Source: Nitrospiraceae bacterium | Lineage (GTDB): Bacteria; Nitrospirota; Nitrospiria; Nitrospirales; UBA2166 | Reading direction: 5' to 3' | DNA: 64,000 nucleotides | Assembly (NCBI GenBank): GCA_002726235.1 | Contig: PBSN01000007.1 | Coordinates: forward strand, 1-64,000 | In this document: positions 57,949-64,000 of the stretch, one piece after another | Numbering within the stretch: position 1 is the stretch's first letter | Layout: every line of letters begins with the position of its first letter | Notes under the pieces: model-generated | What the model was told of the DNA's origin: nothing | The model's database searches: none | The model's input: only the letters and a program-made list of their open reading frames with translations | Program-made: the position numbers and the translations under genes

Positions 57949-58929
57949 TCGACATCGTTGATACAACGACAGTCTGAGCGTGGCGTCGCGCTCGTTATTA
58001 CTCTATTGATGGTGGCGTTACTGGTCACCTTGATTCTGGAATTTGATGTGTCGACGCGCAATGAACTCAATGCAGCCACTAATTTCCGTGATGGCATGAA
58101 GGCATCGTATCTTGCAAAAGCTGGGGTGTCCGCTGCACAAGCAATTATGGCGGAAGATGCGAGAATCGATAAAATGTTTGGACGAAATTACGACACGTTG
58201 TTTGAGGTATGGGCTACACCGTTGCCGAACTATCCCATTGGTGATGGTGTTGTTTCCGTGCAGGTGACGGATGAAATGGGAAAGCTTAATCTCAATGATC
58301 TAGCCGCATTAACACAGGGTGAAGCCTCAGACTCCCTCAGACTGCTGGATCATACTAGGCGCTTCGAACAGTTATTTGAGCTTCTGGTTCTAGATACCCG
58401 CTTGCTTGATGCTATTTTGGATTGGGTCGATTCCGATGACCGTCAAAGGAAAGACGGGGCAGAGATACAATACTATGGAGAACTAGATCGGCCGTATGTT
58501 ACTAAGAATGGCCCATTCGATAGTCTTTCTGAACTTCGCTTGGTCAAGGGCATTACGGATCAGGTGTTCGAACGGCTGAGTCCGTTTGTGACCGTCTATC
58601 CGCGAAAACCCGATGGAGTTACACCCGTAAATATCAATACTGCCGATCCAGTTGTGCTTCAAGCGCTTGATGATCAGGGGAATATTTCCACAGCGCTGGC
58701 CGGCGATATACTGCAGGCGAGACCCTTTCAAAGTGCGCAGGACCTCAATCGCGTGACGGCGCTGGGCGATATCGATGAAAAACTACGTGCGGATAGAGTC
58801 GTCGAGGTGGCAAGTTCGTATTTTTCAGTGCGGGCGGTTGGAACGGTTGGCGAGACGTCAAAGATTGCAAAGGCCGTCATTAAACGTGATGCAGAAAAAA
58901 CTGAGTTGGTGTATTTGCGGATGGAGTAA
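57910..58929 (+). CDS. gspK: T2SS minor pseudopilin K
   Basis: ERGVALVITL, DEMGKLNLN, DWVDSD, SELRLVKG, VNINTA; start uncertain (57910 or 57958). Confidence 0.92.
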   Translation: MHTHVRRKAIFQQSTSLIQRQSERGVALVITLLMVALLVTLILEFDVSTRNELNAATNFRDGMKASYLAKAGVSAAQAIMAEDARIDKMFGRNYDTLFEVWATPLPNYPIGDGVVSVQVTDEMGKLNLNDLAALTQGEASDSLRLLDHTRRFEQLFELLVLDTRLLDAILDWVDSDDRQRKDGAEIQYYGELDRPYVTKNGPFDSLSELRLVKGITDQVFERLSPFVTVYPRKPDGVTPVNINTADPVVLQALDDQGNISTALAGDILQARPFQSAQDLNRVTALGDIDEKLRADRVVEVASSYFSVRAVGTVGETSKIAKAVIKRDAEKTELVYLRME

Positions 58930-59078
58930 TGATGATGGCGTATGGAATTTTGGGGTACTGATGTCATAGGAGATTGAGCTCGCAAGCGTGGTGTTGGACG
59001 ATCAGGCGAATGAATTTGGAGGTCGGCGAGTTGATGATGTGATAGTCGGAGAACTACGCCGGTGATTAGGGGTCTGAT

Positions 59079-59759
59079 GTGGACAGGGAGGATGTCATGA
59101 CGCGTGAACTTACATACCAACATGCCATGAGAGATTTGGTGAATTTGTATGCGGAAATTGATCATCTGACGATGGAGTGCTGTGCTGCATGGCTTCCGAA
59201 GGCTCCAGATCGTCATGCGCAACTTGAAATGGCAGAACAGATTGGAGAGGAACGAAATCACTATCTTTCCCAAGTTGAGTGGCTCAATTGTCATGCTGGA
59301 GGGCACGCCTCGATTGTGCTGCCGTCGTGGGCAGATAGCCTTCGGACGTTAGTAAATGGCATGCAATGGCCGGAATACCTTGCGTGTGTCCATCTTGCGA
59401 TTGAGGGTGTTGGGATTGCCTTAGTCGAGCGCGTAGCGCGCGACGCTGATCAGGGTGTAAAGGATTGTCTCGCACCATCCTTGCGAGACGAAGGGGGACA
59501 TGCGAGTTTCGGAGTGCGTCAGTTGGAGCAATTGCTTCAGAGCGTTGATGGTAAGAAGCGCGAGGAGCTTAAACGACGGATTATTGCGAGTGTTACGGCG
59601 ATTGCTCGATTGGCCAGTTCGTTGCCTGTCACATCAGCACATTGGGAGGCCGTTGGGACGTCGACGGAGGAACTCCGTGATATTGCTGCTCAGCGGCTAG
59701 GAACATTACTCTCGCCGCTTGGTATTTCTCAATCGGTAAATCTCTCAGCATCAGCGTGA
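59079..59759 (+). CDS. Ferritin-like di-iron-carboxylate protein
   Basis: GEERNH, AIEG and RDEGGH give the E..ExxH..E..ExxH pattern. Confidence 0.7.
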   Translation: MDREDVMTRELTYQHAMRDLVNLYAEIDHLTMECCAAWLPKAPDRHAQLEMAEQIGEERNHYLSQVEWLNCHAGGHASIVLPSWADSLRTLVNGMQWPEYLACVHLAIEGVGIALVERVARDADQGVKDCLAPSLRDEGGHASFGVRQLEQLLQSVDGKKREELKRRIIASVTAIARLASSLPVTSAHWEAVGTSTEELRDIAAQRLGTLLSPLGISQSVNLSASA

Positions 59760-59772
59760 AACGGTATCTCAT

Positions 59773-60189
59773 ATGGCACAGAAATTTGGAAATGCTCGCT
59801 GGGTCAAGGAAGGTTTTCTAGACAATCACATTGCTGGAACGGTGGTTGGGCGTATCACGTTTGCGGCTGTTGGAGTGGTCCCGATCGTGCTTCGAGGAGA
59901 CTTCAAAGATGATATCAAGGGTGAGGTCATCCTGTTTGAAAATTCTAACTTCGAGGATGATGATCGTGCAGCCCTCGGCCTTGCCGATCTTGATTCTGTG
60001 CTGCGCGGGGCTGTGCACCTGATATCGCTTGATCCGCATCCGCTTCTTGAGCCACACCCCTATATTGAGTGGTTTTCTGCCGAAGGGACACACTATCGGA
60101 TTGAATTGCAGGATGGGGATGCCAGAATTGCCTCACAACAGGAGACTTCTGCTTTGTTTGAGGAGAGCAAAAAACTGCGGTCAATATAA
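59773..60189 (+). CDS. Conserved hypothetical protein
   Basis: 138-aa ORF with natural-looking composition, co-oriented with its neighbours. Confidence 0.6.
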   Translation: MAQKFGNARWVKEGFLDNHIAGTVVGRITFAAVGVVPIVLRGDFKDDIKGEVILFENSNFEDDDRAALGLADLDSVLRGAVHLISLDPHPLLEPHPYIEWFSAEGTHYRIELQDGDARIASQQETSALFEESKKLRSI

Positions 60190-60197
60190 AATTTGAC

Positions 60198-60226
60198 TTG
60201 ACACACGTAAGACGCACGTCTATAGT
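60198..60226 (+). promoter_or_regulatory. Strong sigma70 promoter upstream of the beta-barrel array
   Basis: TTGACA (60198-60203), 17-nt spacer, TATAGT (60221-60226). Confidence 0.75.
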
Positions 60227-60448
60227 CGCGCTGATTGAGTGAGATAAATTACAAATCTGAAGGAATGTTGTGAGATGGATCATACTTTGAGGTGTCTGTT
60301 GTTAATAAAAACGGGAAAGACGGTGGTTCATGGTTGATGAGGTAACGAAGGAAAGGAGTGGATCCATGACCAGATGTATAATCCGAAGATATTCCACAAG
60401 GTGTAGCTCAAGTTGATAGTGTGCAATCCTAGACGGGAGGATCTCAAA

Positions 60449-61237
60449 ATGGAAAGAGCGAAATGGAAGACTATGGTGCTGCTCGTGGCGCTACTTTCCC
60501 CGCTTCTCTTCTTCGCTGCTCCCCCCAACGCGTCGTGGGCGCAGTTGCCCACCGAGATCAATGGTTTGGTCAAACTGAAGGGTGGGTTTGCGGCTCTCGA
60601 GAACAATCGATCTGGTGAAGCCTTCACAGACTGCTTTGCCATGGGATCGCCTGCCTGTAACGCTCCAGGCGCGACGCTTAATGACGGCACTACAGGGTTT
60701 AATGTTGGAGCTGGGTTGGATCTTCCACTCTGGCTGTTACCCTGGGGGCATGTTGTTGTTGCCGAACTTGACATAGGATTTTCAAAGTTCAGTTCCGGCA
60801 AGAGCTTTTTGCAGCTGATCGAGAATGGGCCGACTACGCTTGGTGGGGCAACCCCATGCGGTAGTCCGCGGTGTGCGACCGGGACCAAACCTGGGTTCCC
60901 AGGGCGTCCCCAAGAGCCAGGCGTTAGGCATGTCAATGTATCCACGGTCAATGCGGGGATCAGTCCGAAGTACCGAATGGACACGTTGTTTGGGGATGAC
61001 CGGAAGTTCAGGCCATGGATTATCCCGGTGGGTTGGGAGCTCCAGGTCTTTAGTCCCCCGCCGAATTCCATGCAGATGTGGGAGATTGGTGGCGTGACTG
61101 GAGTTGGTATGGATGTCCACGTATGGGAACGTATTTGGGTTGGTGTTGAAGGCCGGTACCACTACCAGTACACGGATCATACGGGCATCGACGGGAATTG
61201 GTTTACAGCTGGGGGATATGTAGGACTCTCATGGTGA
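60449..61237 (+). CDS. Outer-membrane beta-barrel protein, paralog 1
   Basis: RBS GGGAGG; signal peptide MERAKWK..SWAQ; SPKYR..PWIIPVG.E...SPP; C-terminal YVGLSW. Confidence 0.8.
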   Translation: MERAKWKTMVLLVALLSPLLFFAAPPNASWAQLPTEINGLVKLKGGFAALENNRSGEAFTDCFAMGSPACNAPGATLNDGTTGFNVGAGLDLPLWLLPWGHVVVAELDIGFSKFSSGKSFLQLIENGPTTLGGATPCGSPRCATGTKPGFPGRPQEPGVRHVNVSTVNAGISPKYRMDTLFGDDRKFRPWIIPVGWELQVFSPPPNSMQMWEIGGVTGVGMDVHVWERIWVGVEGRYHYQYTDHTGIDGNWFTAGGYVGLSW

Positions 61238-61311
61238 GGGGTATCTCAAACATGAGCCAGCTCATGGCACCGAAAATGCCGCAAAGCCTTGAGACACGGG
61301 AGGATTTCACA

Positions 61312-62028
61312 ATGGAAAGAGCGAAATGGAAGAAATCATTGTTGCTCTTAGCGCTAGTAATCCCGCTTCTTTTCGTCTTGTCGTTCCCCCAGACCTCGTC
61401 AGCACAGTTGCCTTTCCATGTGAATGGAAACTTCTTCTTTCAGGCTGGGGGTAAGTTCCTTATGAACGATAGGGCGAATGAGCCGTTCACGGACTTCTTT
61501 TCGGGTTCGACGGGAACGGAGCCAGCGGATAATACCGCGGGCTGGTATGTCGGAATGGGTATTGACATGCCGCTCTGGGAACTACCGTGGGGAGATGTCA
61601 TCGTTGGAACCATCAACATTGATGTAGGTCATTTTGACCAAGCTGATAAAACGTTTTTAACCGCGCAGGGCTTGCCGTCGCTAACTGCTCCGGGTCGTGG
61701 ACAAGATCTGAAGCAACAGGGTGGGTTGACGACGATGGGCATCATGGTGCACCCGAAGTGGCGCATTGCGGCACTTTCGACGGAGGTGAACGGGAAACTT
61801 ATTCAGCCGTGGATTATTCCCTTCGGATTTGAAGTGCAGGCATTCGCACCACCGACAGCTGGGATGAACATCTTTGATGTGGGGTCAATTTTTGGTGTCG
61901 GCGTTGACATGGTGTTGACGAAGCGGTTGGTGGTCGGTATCGATAACCGGTGGCATGTTGGCACCGGCCAGTCTCGTATTGACACACTGAATACGACCGT
62001 TGGGGGATACGTCGGAATCCGCTTCTAG
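61312..62028 (+). CDS. Outer-membrane beta-barrel protein, paralog 2
   Basis: Same RBS and leader; HPKWR..PWIIPFG.E...APP; C-terminal YVGIRF. Confidence 0.8.
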   Translation: MERAKWKKSLLLLALVIPLLFVLSFPQTSSAQLPFHVNGNFFFQAGGKFLMNDRANEPFTDFFSGSTGTEPADNTAGWYVGMGIDMPLWELPWGDVIVGTINIDVGHFDQADKTFLTAQGLPSLTAPGRGQDLKQQGGLTTMGIMVHPKWRIAALSTEVNGKLIQPWIIPFGFEVQAFAPPTAGMNIFDVGSIFGVGVDMVLTKRLVVGIDNRWHVGTGQSRIDTLNTTVGGYVGIRF

Positions 62029-62093
62029 CGGGACGACGTCCTAAGTAACCAAGGATGACCTGCAACATGCGACATATACGGGAGGATTTGACA

Positions 62094-62783
62094 ATGGAAA
62101 GAGCGAGATGGAAGACTACATTATTGCTCTTGGCATGGCTATTCCCGCTTCTGTTCATCCCGGTCTTCCCCCAGCTATCATGGGCTCAGATGCCGGTTGA
62201 GGTGAATGGATCAACCTACTGGGGAGGCGGAATTGCCGGCTTGATCAATGATCGAGCAAATGAAATGTTTACTGACTTAAACTCGTCTCTCACGGGGAGC
62301 AAGCCAAATGATGACACGCTTGGCTGGTACGTGAGTACGGGTATGGAAATCCCAATCTGGGGCCGCTCAAATGGACACGTCATTTTGGGCGAAATTAACA
62401 TGGATTTTAGGAAGTTTGGTGGTGAGGAGGCGGGTTTCCCGGGCAGTGGGGGCGGTAAAGGTTCGGGTTTCGAGATCCATAGAGTCGACTTGATTCAGAT
62501 TTCAGCCAGTTTCTCGCCGAAATATCGTTTCGATAACTTTCACTCATCTGGGCGGATCTGGCCGTGGATTATTCCAGTTGGCTTAGAGCTTGGTGCGATA
62601 AGCCCTCCAGGGCCTGACGTCAATCCGATTGATATTGGTACAGTTCATGGGTTTGGCGTTGATTATATGTTGAACCGCTACTTTATCGTCGGTGTTGATT
62701 TTCGGTATCACTTGGCCTCAGGTATCAATGCAATTGAAACCAGCAGCTTCACTTCAGGTGTGAAGGTCGGGCTACGGTTCTGA
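62094..62783 (+). CDS. Outer-membrane beta-barrel protein, paralog 3
   Basis: Same RBS and leader; SPKYR..PWIIPVG.E...SPP; C-terminal KVGLRF. Confidence 0.8.
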   Translation: MERARWKTTLLLLAWLFPLLFIPVFPQLSWAQMPVEVNGSTYWGGGIAGLINDRANEMFTDLNSSLTGSKPNDDTLGWYVSTGMEIPIWGRSNGHVILGEINMDFRKFGGEEAGFPGSGGGKGSGFEIHRVDLIQISASFSPKYRFDNFHSSGRIWPWIIPVGLELGAISPPGPDVNPIDIGTVHGFGVDYMLNRYFIVGVDFRYHLASGINAIETSSFTSGVKVGLRF

Positions 62784-62804
62784 GGATTTGAGGAGGTGGT
62801 GCTG

Positions 62805-64000
62805 ATGAAACGATGGGCTGTAAAAGTTGCGAGATGGAGGGAACCAATCATGAGAAAACATGGGCCAACAACCAGGTTCGGCCCTGGGGTCCGATACGGG
62901 CTCTTGGCGCTGACTGTGGTCGGTATGATGGTGGGTCCAGTCATTTCTTCAGTGCTGGCGCAAGTTGTCACTCTAACGCCAACCGAAGGGGGGGCGGCTC
63001 TGGGTGTTCAGCCTGGGACTGCGACCATCGATGTTAAGCAAAACGGAAATGCGAAAGTTACATTTGACCTTTCTGGGATACCGGCGCCAAACCCAGGCCG
63101 TGAGTGTCGTGGTCTGGACAGTGACCAGTCATTGTTGTCCGGGTGGTTTCGGTTTATCAATGACGCTGGGGAATCCACGGTTAATGCGGATAACCTAGTC
63201 GAGCGGTGGGGGCCTCCACCAACTATTATTGAGGATGCTCCTGAAGGGTGCGTTGCGGAATATCCGATTTCGCGAGGGAGAAAGCCGTTCGACCCAGAGA
63301 ATCCTGAGAGTACAGATCGAGGCGGAGGGACATCTGGCTGTTATGGGAAGGCTCCAAACGTGATTACGTGGAGTCCGATAGCCAAATCGACGGCTGGCTT
63401 CACTGCCGGGATGGGTGGAACTTCGCGTCCTGATCCGAACGGGTTTGTGTCTGATATAGACGGCGATGCGAATGCAACCCTGAAGACCAATTTTGACCCT
63501 ACCGATGGGGCAACGACACCGTTGGTTCTGAATCCATGGCATTTTGGATCGAGTGTTCCACCGTTCTGGGCGCAATGTACGAATCCAAAGGTCACTCCCG
63601 CACCGCCGGTCTGCCTTGCTGCTGGAGGAAAGCTCCGGGCGAATGACAGCGGGTATAAGCGGGTATATGAGAACAAGCCATTCAATGACCATGTTGGCCC
63701 GAATGGCGAACGCATTCCGTCGAGAATACCGGGTATCGGGGTGATCGGTGAGATGAATACTTTTGGCGAAGTTGATGAGAGGGCATATGGTCGAGGCCTT
63801 ATTTTTGATATCAACGGACCCTGTGACAACAATCCTCTCGCCAGAACGCCGTGTGGGCCTGGTGGGTTTGGAAAAGAAGGTGGTCCTCCGGCACATCCGG
63901 CTGGGCGAGATATGATGGGCTTCCCGCCGAAGCCTGGGAGTGCAAAGGGTCAGCGGTTCCAAGTTCCTGATGAAAAGGGACGGCAAACTCTTGCTCGAGC
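62805..64000 (+). CDS. Exported Pro/Gly/Cys-rich protein of unknown function (partial; runs off the window end)
   Basis: RBS AGGAGG at 62791; manual translation is open to the end (~398 codons); in-frame alternative start at 62850; signal peptide ..GLLALTVVGMMVGPVISSVLA/Q; absent from the ORF track. Confidence 0.85.
   Translation, partial: MKRWAVKVARWREPIMRKHGPTTRFGPGVRYGLLALTVVGMMVGPVISSVLAQVVTLTPTEGGAALGVQPGTATIDVKQNGNAKVTFDLSGIPAPNPGRECRGLDSDQSLLSGWFRFINDAGESTVNADNLVERWGPPPTIIEDAPEGCVAEYPISRGRKPFDPENPESTDRGGGTSGCYGKAPNVITWSPIAKSTAGFTAGMGGTSRPDPNGFVSDIDGDANATLKTNFDPTDGATTPLVLNPWHFGSSVPPFWAQCTNPKVTPAPPVCLAAGGKLRANDSGYKRVYENKPFNDHVGPNGERIPSRIPGIGVIGEMNTFGEVDERAYGRGLIFDINGPCDNNPLARTPCGPGGFGKEGGPPAHPAGRDMMGFPPKPGSAKGQRFQVPDEKGRQTLAR

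Noticed and set aside
60328..61071. 247-aa minus-strand ORF
   Set aside because: Shadow of beta-barrel paralog 1.
60430..62160. Recurring leader sequence as a CRISPR or DGR repeat
   Set aside because: The copies are ~800 bp apart and coincide with RBS/signal-peptide coding of paralogs; no cas or reverse transcriptase gene. No CRISPR array was seen anywhere in the window.
63195..63986. 263-aa and 163-aa minus-strand ORFs
   Set aside because: Antisense to the plus-strand secreted ORF, which has an RBS and a signal peptide.

Overview
Bacterial chromosomal window of roughly 50-55% GC (estimated by eye). Gene content and a degenerate intergenic palindromic repeat suggest Nitrospirota; this is an inference. 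From left to right it holds: (1) a modB 3' remnant; (2) a ~9 kb minus-strand operon under a near-consensus sigma70 promoter overlapped by two 16/19 Fur boxes. The operon encodes Bfd, a FAD oxidoreductase, a P19/Tp34-like + FEA1/DUF4856-like fusion, a P19/Tp34-like lipoprotein, a GT-C-like membrane protein, a porin, a lipoprotein, an FMN-binding flavinylation substrate and a 4-TM protein, and is divergent from bfr; (3) housekeeping genes (rpoZ, gmk, yicC, hflX, tsaD, clpC, nadK, rqcH, prmC, anmK, nfeD/SPFH, ktrBA, lptCAB, rpoN, hpf, rapZ, aroKB, ilvE), with a frameshifted pilM vestige where pilMNOPQ normally sits; (4) accessory genes: a FabF-like ketosynthase with both catalytic His replaced by Tyr, an exported YyaL, a McrA-like HNH nuclease, a sigma54-driven lipoprotein and a tRNA-Arg 3' fragment; (5) a type II secretion cluster in the order C-D-E-F-G-H-I-J-N-L-M-K; (6) a ferritin-like protein, three tandem paralogous outer-membrane beta-barrels and a secreted Pro/Gly/Cys-rich ORF that runs off the end and is missing from the ORF track. 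The best candidate for an undescribed system is the Fur-controlled iron operon, whose two P19-like domains appear to carry complementary halves of the P19 copper site. All family assignments come from motif recognition; no database search was run.
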